Position numbers and translations under genes: made by a program
Source of the DNA: Amoebophrya sp. A120
Lineage: Eukaryota > Protista > Dinoflagellata
Assembly: GCA_905178155.1 (NCBI GenBank)
Contig: CAJINV010000001.1
Coordinates: 8,215,599-8,279,598 of the forward strand
Reading direction: 5' to 3'
Length of the DNA: 64,000 nt
The notes under the pieces: generated by a model
The model's input: the letters and a program-made list of their open reading frames with translations, nothing else
Told to the model about the DNA's origin: nothing
Databases searched by the model: none
Shown: positions 12,001 to 21,500 of the stretch, piece by piece
How the letters are laid out: the number at the start of each line of letters is the position of its first letter
Position numbering within the stretch: position 1 is the first letter of the stretch

Positions 12001-12472
12001 CGAGCAGCACGTAGTCGTTCGTGCTCGTGTAGAAAAGGTAGCCGCTATCCTCGTTGTGGTGCACGTAGAGCCAGCTCCACGACTTGGGGTCCGCTTTCGG
12101 GTCACAAAAGGTGAGTATCGGCTCGGGGCTCACTTCCAGGTCGTAGACGAGGAGCGCCATGTGGATCAGGCCGAAGTAGACCCGCAGTTCGACGAGGAAC
12201 GGAAGACGCGCACGCAGCCCCTGTTTGTCGTGCAAGGCTCCCCGCTTGGAAAGCTTGATCAGTACCAAGTCCAGGGCAAGCATAGCAAGCAGCAGCACGA
12301 GCTGCAAGTATCCTGTGCCCCATTTGCCACCACAGCCTATTTGCAGCTGCAGGGTGTACAGATTAAACAAGGCCAAGATCGACAGACCCCAGACCGAATA
12401 CGGAACCACAATCCAGAGCTCATCGAGGCTTATGAGCCCGTAACGTCGACCGAAGACTGTAAACGGCGGCAT
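1..12472 (-). CDS. Diacylglycerol-lipase-like (Lipase_3) membrane protein, spliced. Inferred exons 12472-10250, 9999-9470, 9185-8728, 1324-<1; the 3' end runs off the window.
   Basis: The N-terminus MPPFTVFGRRYGLISLDELW resembles the DAGL start and is followed by hydrophobic helices. There is a PDZ-like segment (VTNVVPHSVADQHGILVGDTLQLVDG, ~10480-10570). Catalytic motifs are FRGTMSAKDMVSD, VHAGF and TGHSLGAG. Removing 9186-9469 gives SDGG|LAVEEV. Removing 1325-8727 gives REESL|DYMITLVNGFDGIPRS, the DAGL D-x-x-PR motif. A GT-AG intron is inferred at 10000-10249. Confidence 0.85.
2947..3022. repeat. 38-bp tandem duplication in the LINE 3' region
   Basis: GCTGACGCGCATGACAAATTCCAACTTCAGTTTAATCC is followed by GCTGACGCGCATGACAAGTTTCAACCTCAGTTTATTCC. 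Confidence 0.85.
4632..8033 (-). CDS. Divergent non-LTR reverse transcriptase with possible C-terminal RNase H-like region (frame open upstream to 8270)
   Basis: RT motifs occur in LINE order: GGRPGVS, IGMDFSNFFNTMSW (cf. DFSKAFD), LQGVTETMVAGTLLS (cf. GVPQGSxLSPLLF), TCVDD at 6279-6290 (cf. YADD), GGKFEIMFG, LLLGCAFN. The segment SGAVALNSEGQILWA...SMEHLLLL...LVIEG loosely resembles RNase H. Confidence 0.8.
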   Translation of the reverse strand: MPAHADLGRSQIKPVGGLKEALPRTINYTIITRRGDRSHTREKLQQAGEDYRRKILPPKDCPWKFEMWRAESLVDAGLVKKAELKRSRKSPKQTTEAGAGTVAPQAATPDCLAVLSSTDYLARPDVKAHVSDFLTWATAEKEYRPNADFDPDGAEADTHRIEDAIYDIQAKVKSSYDGVQKGKPIGEIARILSGKRLLIGAQLIACEVGKSHIVKCPILRLHAHLEVEPTLDTLIRMKEQLCAAAKRVKPLQISVAEVKDFLATCNSQAQGISGVRASAYKSLDAASLEDFVASCNTMLLKFQTVPSRHVLQVVPEQMRFLQMELLGKGGTSLPQDIKKIRGVIRTCVALKVISGVLGREVMRLAEHRSCWSIYGHGGRPGVSLAVLTWKLLDNYLATSSEEMWCYIGMDFSNFFNTMSWVSLANSLRLTGAHPCTLLFFLSCNKDKEVLIRNGREYALVSKFSDSLQGVTETMVAGTLLSISTVRRLHRFLCSCYCPETGGLCKTRTTRAAAVLLAEAKADDSDPHSWKNYAWSTDVDPQYFYQPAGQLSCSKSKVTMTSHFATNSVPPTGKAPPATTGTCVDDRGTGFRYKPVDVSSGTVGIIFDTITKFEQIEFRKMGTFLAGGGKFEIMFGSPRLRSAVGAKTYGELVEKMRETVVKNLHPFQMAPRIKTSTLLLGCAFNVDRLPPETMALQLHSRLGLSRAKAEHVFQCAKFLDGMLIRMVGMWAYGSSVAHLTVVAVRLYENVDWLRFLNKVGLSVLNFCGYANSHVAELIKLNKLDNNQLYKLAFCSQVLDAHDPWVAAVRTARSCSGKWSCLTGQDDILSTITTKVPIFGPQGFSAADIQKVNAIHYADRVLEDKIAASTIGAQPLVTTPPGPSDTVVSQLHRLFPMPHVSAGAVTPQDLKGAVVITRCPATSGAVALNSEGQILWAVNCYDFADIPDPATAADLRFLTCASSSMEHLLLLTDVIQRRPALVIEGVQVNARIKNTGTYRNFWSSCSAWSGRLWLYQQQVKAVNIYQHPDLDDSNRYTVPAAVTEIAGRDAFVQWPKRSFKMPLVLKSIKDKIHKYRLAKLVREGMEKLASQTPGNDKESETDPAPKRQRTGAGVSQAVASDSQSIPPPNTQDPSG
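9186..9464. mobile_element. Introner family A, copy 2 (intact, 279 bp), non-canonical intron
   Basis: 32-bp TIR TATCCTGAGTAAAAACGTACCCACACCAGAGT with one mismatch. Direct repeat GGCCG at 9181-9185 and 9465-9469. Excision restores the lipase frame, and no register across the direct repeat gives GT-AG. Confidence 0.95.
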
Positions 12473-13363
12473 GATTAAGACTATTTTTCTTCCTGTTACT
12501 GTTTCAGTACTTATCCGTCGCTGTTGCCAATAAAACGTTTTTATCAACACCTTGTTGTCAGTCCCTCATGCAGGCTGTCCTCATTTTTGGAACTAGGTGG
12601 GTGTAGTAACGTAAGTACTAAGTAACGTTTCTTGTTTCAGGTGATCGCCTACGCAACCTAAACTCGGCTTTGGAAGTTGCGTAAAGAAGGACCTCAACTG
12701 AGGCCCTCGATGAGAATCGAGGCGGCCATTTGTTTCTTTTTTCGTTTGCTGTTCTCGCCAATAATGATGGGCGAGCTTGTAGTGCGATTTGCATAAAAAC
12801 GACCTCGACAATTGTTTCGATTCCCCGTGGCTCAGAATCTTCGCAACCGCCATCTTCTCACAGCAAGCGATATTTGACGAGCGAGAGCGTAACTTGCACT
12901 TCACGATTGACGATGGCGAAACCCGATTCGATTTGGTTCGCTTCCTGCAAATGCTATCAATGACGATGCCTCTCAATGAATTCCGTACACAACGAAAGCG
13001 ACGGATTCCAAAACATCTTATAGCGGTTTGAAGACGCCAACGTTTGCAACAGGAGAGGAAGGGATGGATCTGCGCCGGCTCTGAAAATCACACTGTTCGA
13101 AACACACGTGGTCTCAAGTAGCAGCAGGCAAAATCACCGTTGTAAACGAAATTCGCATCCTCCTTGTTGAATACCCTCTTCGTGTTCACTTACAAACTTC
13201 TTCTCAGAAACATACACAAAAACTGTAGCAAAAAAATGAAGCTCTGGTGCTTACTCAACGTCAACGCCCAGATCGATGGATCGTTTAAACAAAATCCTAC
13301 TCCTAGAAGAAACCCGTATTGGTACGTATCCGCTGCATTTGCTTGTGCAATAGGTGCCTATCA

Positions 13364-13924
13364 TCAAAGAAAATTCAGGCCGCAAGAACCGTCTGTCTTC
13401 ACTCCTCCGATACATTCTGCCCCCCGCGTATATTTGCTAAAAACTCGCCTTTCCGTCATCCTAACAGAACCTCTGCTGTTCCTTTCTTGTCGCCGGATCG
13501 CTGGTTTTATTCCACAACTGGCACGAAGTCCGACTTTGCGTTCATCGCAAATAAATCGGCTTCCCGTTCCATCAATGACTTTGTTTGCCTCTGTCAACAT
13601 CATCGTCGTTGATCCGTGAACGGCCGCAAAACCCGCCAGCCCGATTTCTCCGATACCACTCACTGCTACCTGGTCGGGAATGATCGCCAGAGGCGCTTGC
13701 CCAATGGGGCTGCGCCGCGTGGCCGCGGGAATGGAGGAGACCGGCGTGCCGTAGATGTAGCTTTCCCAATTAGCCATGGCGTTGTTAAACTGGTCGATTG
13801 CCAGGTCCACGTTCTGAGCGGCGAGGTTCGCGTAGGAGGAAGTTTGATTCGCGGCGGCGGCAGCACTGTTGATCGAAGCCATGGCTTTCACGGCCATGGC
13901 CGCCGGAAGCACGGGAAGCGGCAT
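13364..13924 (-). CDS. Hypothetical Ala-rich protein; the 3' part may be spliced
   Basis: ORF MPLPVLPAAMAVKAMASINS... follows an AT-rich leader and lies on the same strand as its neighbours. No recognisable domain. Confidence 0.45.
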   Translation of the reverse strand: MPLPVLPAAMAVKAMASINSAAAAANQTSSYANLAAQNVDLAIDQFNNAMANWESYIYGTPVSSIPAATRRSPIGQAPLAIIPDQVAVSGIGEIGLAGFAAVHGSTTMMLTEANKVIDGTGSRFICDERKVGLRASCGIKPAIRRQERNSRGSVRMTERRVFSKYTRGAECIGGVKTDGSCGLNFL

Positions 13925-14675
13925 GGTTACCAAAAATTTTCAACAACAAGCACTCGTGTTGAGAAAAAAAAGCAATCTTAAGATCCTTCTCGTGTCTTCG
14001 TACAATTGTCACTCACTTGTCGCCATTTTCCTACCTTCGCCGGTGGAAATAATCGTGTCCGTGTTTACAACAGCACCATGCAAAGTATATCGCCTTCGAG
14101 CACAATCGTAACGAAGACTCGCTCACTTGGTCTCAAATCCCCGCTGAACCACTCGGGCCCCGACACAACGATCCACGACCTCTAGGTATCTCTAGTACTT
14201 TCTTCACGACGAGTTTTTCATTCAATCCGCAAGCACGCAAGCAAAAATCCGCGAGCACGCAACAGCGCACGGACACTGGCAAACAGAATAGGCGTCTTAC
14301 TGCGCTTTGCGACGCTCTTGTACAACAGGGATCGATGTTTGAAAGTGAAACTTAGACGTCTATGATGACAGACATGATTATGTTGTTCGTGGTGTTGAGT
14401 TATCTACTATGAGCTACAGCTGAGACCAGTATTTGTTACGAAGGCGGCTGTGAAAATTGCTCGCGAGTTGTTCATTTCTTTGTCGCCTGGCAGTGCTGTT
14501 CTCAGATTTTTTCGTTTAGCAAAACTTGAAAGAAGATTAGAGCATTATCCGGCCGTACCAGTAAATCACATTTCACTTTGCTACATGAGACAGAAATCAA
14601 CATGTGTCATATTTTCACGAAGTTAAGTACTGTTGCTTCCATTTTGGTCGAATGTCAGCACTCTGCTACGGCAGA

Positions 14676-17351
14676 TCAATCCAGGTGAAGGCCTGTTTCC
14701 GGGCTGTCAAACGATGGAAGAATACTCTGCGCCGCCATCAATCTGCGAAAACCCTTCACGTTGCCGGAGTACAAATTGTAAGACGTTGCTGGACCACCAT
14801 CAACGTCTTTCACTTCTGTGTCCTCCCTTACCTCCCTCATTCCTTCCTGCTGCATGCTTTGTTGCTGAATCGTGACGAGCGTGACCGGTGCGGGAAAGAA
14901 AGATGGTAGCCGATGCATGTTGTCATCTTGAGGTTGGTGATAGTACATCTCCTGTGTGGAGGACGACTTCTCTGACGATGGGGAATTTTTCTGTTCTGCA
15001 TGATCCAGAGCACTACTAGTTCCTTCACCGATTCCAACTCCGATACAAATTTCTGTTAGCTCGTTATCATCGCATTCGTCCGAGGTCGGTGTTTCAAGAC
15101 CGCTAGTACGACCCCCGCATTTGCTCCGCGGCCGGCGGGGCACGTCGTATTTTTTGAGCAAATCGTCCACGACTGTCGACTTCGGCGTTGTCGGTCTGAT
15201 GTGTGCTGAAATTCCATCCTGCCCAGCAGCATCACGACATCCCGCAGGTACAGGAACATCATGAGCACCGGTGCTGCTACAAGAACCATACCGAATATCA
15301 TCTACATACTGGTCCTGCACAACTGGTGTGGCCCCCCCTGACCGACGCTCGCTTCCACCACGATACGCAGCGACGCCGTGCTTTTGATGAAAGCCTCCCG
15401 GAGGGGTGGAAGTGGGAACCACGGGCGAAGACTCCTGCGGGTGGTCCACCGCAAACTGACTGGTCCGGGCCGGTGGACCGGGAGCCGTGTGAGAAGGTGC
15501 CTCGGCGTCACAGAAAAAGTGCAGGGGTGTTGTCGCACAACTGCTGACCGCCGTTGCAGTGGAGGGCGTAGTGGGTGCTGACCACGGTTGCCGTGGAGGA
15601 GCCAAATCGTCGACATACTGTTCGTCCCCCTTGCGTGGTCGGATCTGCACTACTTCACCTGTCGGCGTCCGCGGCGGGTCTAGCGCGGTCGCTATGAGGC
15701 CGAGCCCGAGATCAGTTCTCGCCCGCGCTTTTTGCATTGCCTCTTTCTTGCCCCCGCTGTCAAGCTCCGAAAGCCAGCGCGTGAACTCAAACACTTCGCC
15801 ATCACGGTCTCGTCGCGGGGATGTAGAAGGTGCACTTGTTCTTCTATGCAGTCGCGCGTTGTTACCGGAGGTCCTCTCTGATTTTGTACTGCTATCGTCT
15901 TCTATAACCGAGATCATCCCCGCTAAACCTTGATGCGAGCGCGCGGGGGATAACACAAAACTCGGCTCCGTCTTTGAACGGGTACTTCGTGCGCCGTTCT
16001 TTTTGGCTACAGATTTTGCCTTGATTACCCGCCCGAGTCCTACCTTCGCATCTTCTGTTTCTTGCTCATCATCCGCAAAACAGAGCGTTCCGCAGTTTAT
16101 CGACTGTTGATACCACTTGTCCGCTCTTCGCTCTGCGTCTCGCGAGCGGAACGAGGACATGAGCGCCAACACCGGACGCGGCGGGGGGCCCGGTCCCTTG
16201 ACCCTCTGCTTCGAGTTGGACCGATACAGTGGCACTGCTGCTGACGGCATGACTCTATGATCATCCTCGACTCGGCAGGCACGATCGTAGCAGGTCTTCC
16301 ACAGCGGGAAATGGGTGATGCCGTCGCGCAACTTCAGAAGCGCCGCCTGTTCCGCCTCCCACGCAGACAGCTGCACGGTCTGCAGAAAAAACGCGTAAAA
16401 TTGCAGAAAATCTTGAAACAAAAGCCGATCTTGCACTCGGTTTTGCGCAAACTGTATGGCCTCGCGCTCACTGGAAATCAACAGGTCCCGAGGCTTCGGG
16501 CGCGGCACCTCAAGTTGTACCGTGGCGAGGGAAGATGCCGGCAGATTCAAAGGAAAAGAACTACAATTTGCGGCTGATGCTCCCTCTCGGGCCGCTGCTG
16601 GTACTCTCTGGCGCTCATCGCTGCAATGCTCTTCGTCCGAAAGAATCTTCTTCACAGAGTCCAGCTCGCATTCTTCGCACTCCGTCGTCCATTCTGCTCG
16701 ATAGTTCGAAGAACTCGTCGCACAAGCTGTTTGACACGAAGATGCCACGCCGTCTTCATCCGTCTGCTCATTTGCAACCGCGACATTTCGCCGACAGAAA
16801 GCATCGCGCTTCTTCTCCACGTCGTTTTTGCTCACCTCCTCGTCCAGCGGGGTGATGCGAAGTTGAAAACCAGCTCCCGTGCACGGAAGCACGAAAGAGG
16901 AAGGCAGACACCGGGCGCCGCTCTCGCACAGTGTTGGACTCTTCGGCACAGCTATCGTCGTGCCGCTCTTCGGCGACTTCGTTCGCCAGGAGCGACGTTG
17001 CGGCTCTTCTGCACTGGTCGTGGGACTTTTACTTCGGTGTTTGGGTGTCGAGCCTGGGCTACTGCTGGTGTCTTGCTTTGATGAAAATGACGTCAGGCGC
17101 CTGTCTATCCAGGAACAGGGAGCTATTGTCACACTGTAATACGGCTCAGCGCTTGGTTTCGGCCAATAGAAATCAGTCCAGGCTCGCATTTCTGACTCAG
17201 CCGCGGAGTCGGAACCTGCAGATGTTGACCAAGTGGAGGGCACAGCGGCGGGGTTAGCGGAAAACAGATGACGATGAGGCTGCGCTGCGCCCACAGAAAT
17301 CATTCTGCTAGCAGAGAAAGCAGCGCAGCAAATCAGAGTGAAACGAGTCAT
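14676..17351 (-). CDS. Hypothetical 891-aa Ser/Pro/Thr-rich protein with possible signal peptide
   Basis: Long uninterrupted ORF with a hydrophobic N-terminus (MTRFTLICCAAFSAS) and largely low-complexity sequence. Confidence 0.7.
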   Translation of the reverse strand: MTRFTLICCAAFSASRMISVGAAQPHRHLFSANPAAVPSTWSTSAGSDSAAESEMRAWTDFYWPKPSAEPYYSVTIAPCSWIDRRLTSFSSKQDTSSSPGSTPKHRSKSPTTSAEEPQRRSWRTKSPKSGTTIAVPKSPTLCESGARCLPSSFVLPCTGAGFQLRITPLDEEVSKNDVEKKRDAFCRRNVAVANEQTDEDGVASSCQTACATSSSNYRAEWTTECEECELDSVKKILSDEEHCSDERQRVPAAAREGASAANCSSFPLNLPASSLATVQLEVPRPKPRDLLISSEREAIQFAQNRVQDRLLFQDFLQFYAFFLQTVQLSAWEAEQAALLKLRDGITHFPLWKTCYDRACRVEDDHRVMPSAAVPLYRSNSKQRVKGPGPPPRPVLALMSSFRSRDAERRADKWYQQSINCGTLCFADDEQETEDAKVGLGRVIKAKSVAKKNGARSTRSKTEPSFVLSPARSHQGLAGMISVIEDDSSTKSERTSGNNARLHRRTSAPSTSPRRDRDGEVFEFTRWLSELDSGGKKEAMQKARARTDLGLGLIATALDPPRTPTGEVVQIRPRKGDEQYVDDLAPPRQPWSAPTTPSTATAVSSCATTPLHFFCDAEAPSHTAPGPPARTSQFAVDHPQESSPVVPTSTPPGGFHQKHGVAAYRGGSERRSGGATPVVQDQYVDDIRYGSCSSTGAHDVPVPAGCRDAAGQDGISAHIRPTTPKSTVVDDLLKKYDVPRRPRSKCGGRTSGLETPTSDECDDNELTEICIGVGIGEGTSSALDHAEQKNSPSSEKSSSTQEMYYHQPQDDNMHRLPSFFPAPVTLVTIQQQSMQQEGMREVREDTEVKDVDGGPATSYNLYSGNVKGFRRLMAAQSILPSFDSPETGLHLD

Positions 17352-18511
17352 TTTTGTACAGTTTTGGTACCAGCCATCATTCAGCGAAACTTCTACAAAA
17401 GTCTCGACTCCACATCAACGTTTAACAAAGATCTTGAAAACAAAAATGCGCTACAGCTAGCTATGTCGTCGAAAAGCCACAAGCGCAACGCAGACAAACA
17501 CCAAGGCAATCTTGGCATTTTTCTTCTCTTCTGGTCAACACAAGTAAATCACTGTGGGAACGAGGTTTGGTTCGACTGAGCATTTTGTATCGTCCAAAAC
17601 AAGAGATCAGAAAAGCAAGCGAAACTGATTAAGTGTTGGAACGGAAAACAGAATTCATTCTGTTTTTTACTTTCATAAGGCTACGCGAAACTCGATCCAC
17701 GACTGCGGGAAGCACTATGAACATTTTGGCACAAACAACACTCATGAATCGTGAGAATGTTAGTTTGGTTCTGCGAGGCCGAAGCAGACTGTCACTGCCT
17801 TTTCTTCATTAGGATATTTTCGTGCCAATCTGATGCCATTGCTAGTTTTTTCTGCGTGCTTTGTGGCGGGAAGGCACAATGTGCACCACACAAAAAGCTT
17901 ATACCAAACAAGTACGTCTCGCGCGAATCGGTCTCGCCTTTATATTGAATGAGGGATTGTCGGTCTCCGGAATAATTTTTGATCGAATGAGGTCTGTCCA
18001 GTTCACAAAGCAGCAGCGCAATCTCAGCTAAGTATACCTATGCGCTCCTGTTCAATTCAAAAAAAACGAAACCAACAATGATATAAAAAACGCTCAAAAT
18101 TAGTGATCGCGGACCAGTTTGCAGGCAAGAGAAGAAAAGTTCTGTCGTCTTCCACAGGACTACACTGGTGGATTCGGGATGTTTCTATGGTAATACCTAG
18201 TTCTTTGGCATCCGCGTTCCGCTGGCTTCCGTGTGTTTCGTTTCTCTTCTATCAAATTCAAATCAAAACTGCGCATAAACAGATACAGAAACGATGACAG
18301 CGCATTCATCAACTATACCTAGTGTTGAACTGCACCGCCATGGTGCCCGCAGTTACAAGAACTTACCATGTGTATCCAACACTATCAAATTTTGCTGTGG
18401 ACCTATGGACGATTCTATAACTTAAAGGGGGTCTTACCCTAGTGAAGATTATCAGGCTGTAAGTATGGCTCACGTCTAAGTTGTGGCGTATGTTTTTGGT
18501 TCGCGCGATTG

Positions 18512-21500
18512 TCAATTGCCGAAGTACTCGAAAATTTCATTGACATAGTCGCGCATTCTTGTAGCGTACTCCAGTGTGAGTTTCGCCCGTGCTGCTGGCT
18601 TCTGAGTCTTCATGAAAAGACCTTGGACGTCCTTGATTTTTTTCTCGAGTTCCTCGTCGTGCACCGCGACGTTATCTTGCAACAGCGACTTGTACAGCAG
18701 CGACAATCCTCGGGCGCTAAAATTTGCACTCGAGCCTTTCGCAGGATGCTTTTGATAGCCAGCTTGTCTCGCTTTGCCGAGTAACAACTTGTGAACAGCG
18801 GAAAACGCATAGTAGCAGGCGGAATCAAAGCGATTTCCGGCAAGGTCTGCGTCAATGTACCCTCTAAGTTCAAGTCCGAGGGCCACGTACTCTGCAGCCT
18901 CAGCCTGTGCCGCAGCCGCGCTGTCATCTCCGAGCACAACAGCTTGCTCCTCGTCGCTTGCGTCGTCCTCCACGTCTTGGATGACCCCCGGACTCCCGGC
19001 TTGTCCGTCGCGGGGTGGTCGCAGCGCACTCGAGGCCGCTTGCTGCTCACGTCGATGCTGGCGGGCCGCTCGCCCCCATTCTTGGTACTCTTGAGAAGTT
19101 CCTGCTGTCCCTCCAGTTGCAGCTCGCGGTCGCGGATGAAAAGCATACTGATTGCGTTGCTGGTCCACCTCCGCTTGCAGTTCGTCAGAAGTGTACCGGT
19201 AGCTCTCGTCTTCCGAAAACCTTTCATAGACTTGCGTCAAGAACTTCGTGCCTTCAGTCGCGAGGGGCTCCGGAACAGACAGCTTATCCGGATGCCAATG
19301 CACGATGAGTCGGCGCAGGAGTTTCTTGTAATCAGCCGCAGAGACGATGTGCTCGTGATCCGCCAGCTGCTTCCGGAGGTTCTGCACACTTGGACTCAGG
19401 TTGCCACTTTGCAAGGGCGTCACACCTGCTGCATTCGGAGCGTTCACCAGAGGCAGTGCCAGAACGGTACTGGAAGAAAAAAACTCGTTCACCCGCTGGC
19501 CCCGGGTATTGTCGTAGTACTTGTACAGGTCATGGTGCGACAAAAATTCCTCGCTTCGCTGCTGCGCTCGATTGACGTCCACAAGCACAAGGTATGTGGC
19601 GTTCAGTACTCGCCAGGGATCATCATCTCCGTAATTCGGGTGGGGCTGCGCCGCAACAATCGTTGCGCTGAAGTACTCGTCCCTGTTCGCGTCGTACCTC
19701 ACCACATGTTCTCCTTCTCGGAAAAGCAGCGTTGGGCTGCCTTGCAGCTCCACTAGATGAGGCTGCACCTTTACTCCGACACGCTGCTCCTGTCTCATCA
19801 AGCTCGGTGTTGAGACCAATTCCTGCAAGTCCCGCTTGTAGCCTTCCAAAACTGTCAGTACGAACCAGCGCGCACCCTGGTTTGTCTGAGTGCCGGCAAC
19901 CCTTTCGATTGCGCCCGTTAGATCCCCCGCAATTTGCCAAGTGCACGAGAAAGACGACGCATCCAGCGATTTTTCAAGATAGAGAACGGCCACGGGTTGT
20001 CTTGTATTTCCGTCGATCAAGGACTCTTCGTGAAGATGGAAATACGTCTTCACAGGGTACACGCACACTGGCTCCCCGTCAGGTGCCCTCGCATCCAAGA
20101 GTTTCTTCTGCAGGTTGCCGACTGTTCTCACTTCCAAGTTTTGAAAAAAAGAGCGAACCTTTTTTGCAGTCTCGTCGCGAGCCGCATCATCCATCTGGGG
20201 AAATAGACCAGTTTCGGGGCCGAGAAGTGCATCCACAAACGGAAGTCGGACCTGTCCTGACTCTACGCCGCGACCAGAGACGAAGTCCCGCAACCTCTGC
20301 AAGTCGGGCGCGTCGGCGTCGCAAAAGACAAAGTCCTCGTGCAGTTCCTTCCGGAACCTGACGCTGGGATTGGTGATTCCAAGGAGCTTAGCCCACTGCG
20401 AACGAAATTGTGAACTCATTGCGGTCTCTACCTTAGCATCCAGGACCATAAATCCTCGCTCTGGTTTCTCCAACTCTTCTTTCACGGCTGCGTCCTCATT
20501 CATCACTGCTCGATAAGAGAAGATCTCAAATCCTTCCGCAACGCGAACGAGGACGCAACTAGTAGTGAGGAGCAAAATCTTCCGCTGCACCTCTGCAGGT
20601 ATGTTGTGCACGTCCTTATCGTGTTCGTAACTCGAAACAAAACGCTCCCACAGGAAGAGCCACATTTGCTTCTCGTTTGGATTCAGAGCAACGCCGGGCT
20701 TAAAAATCGATGTCATGAGACGCGGAATGTGGCTGCGGTCTAGGGCTGACACACGAAGGGCACGAAAGACCTGCGGAACTCTCTCCGCAAAATCCTTATC
20801 GAGCGTCGACAGGCGCTTCTTCAGCTCCGCCGGGATCTCTTCTGCATTCCGACCAAGAGCATCACTAAAACCAGTGCAGCAAAATCTGGCATTGCTCAGC
20901 GTGATGCTATCCGGATTGTCCAAATTCTTTGAGGGAATCCAGCTGCGATCTTCCTCTTCCAGGAAACTGAGCCCGAAGTCGCCTATGACCGTTCCAGAGC
21001 TAGCTCCCCGCATTTCTGCTTCAACATACCCGAGGGCATTCAACAGTGCCTTCTTTTTGCGCGTGCACTCGTTTACGCGGCGCGGATTGCGATGTAGATC
21101 AATGTTCCAGCTCTTCGGCGCAAGCAGTGTTTGGATGTGGGCGGCTACGTCCAGCGGTCCGATCTTTACGAAGTCCAACTTGTCGATCGCAGCTCGCAGG
21201 CTGCTCGCTGCATACCTACCTCGGAAACTTTCAACACTGGCAACCGCAAGGGCCGGGTACTTCGTGAAGCAGCAATTCCACTCTTCAGGATCCCAGATAA
21301 GGTCCGGAATCGCAAAAAAGCCGCGACACTCCAAGCCAGTATCGACATCTGGTATTTCAGTGCCTGGAAGAAATTTGATGCCGCGCAACTCGTCCAAGAA
21401 GAGCTCCTCTGCGAAGGGAGAAGTTTCTTGGCCCGGCGGATCCGCAATGACCAGTCGGTCAAGGACGAACGACAAGAGGCGCAGCGAGCGCGCCGGCAGA

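Noticed and set aside
12593-12976. 127-aa minus-strand ORF
   Set aside because: No recognisable motif and no confident splice link to its neighbours.
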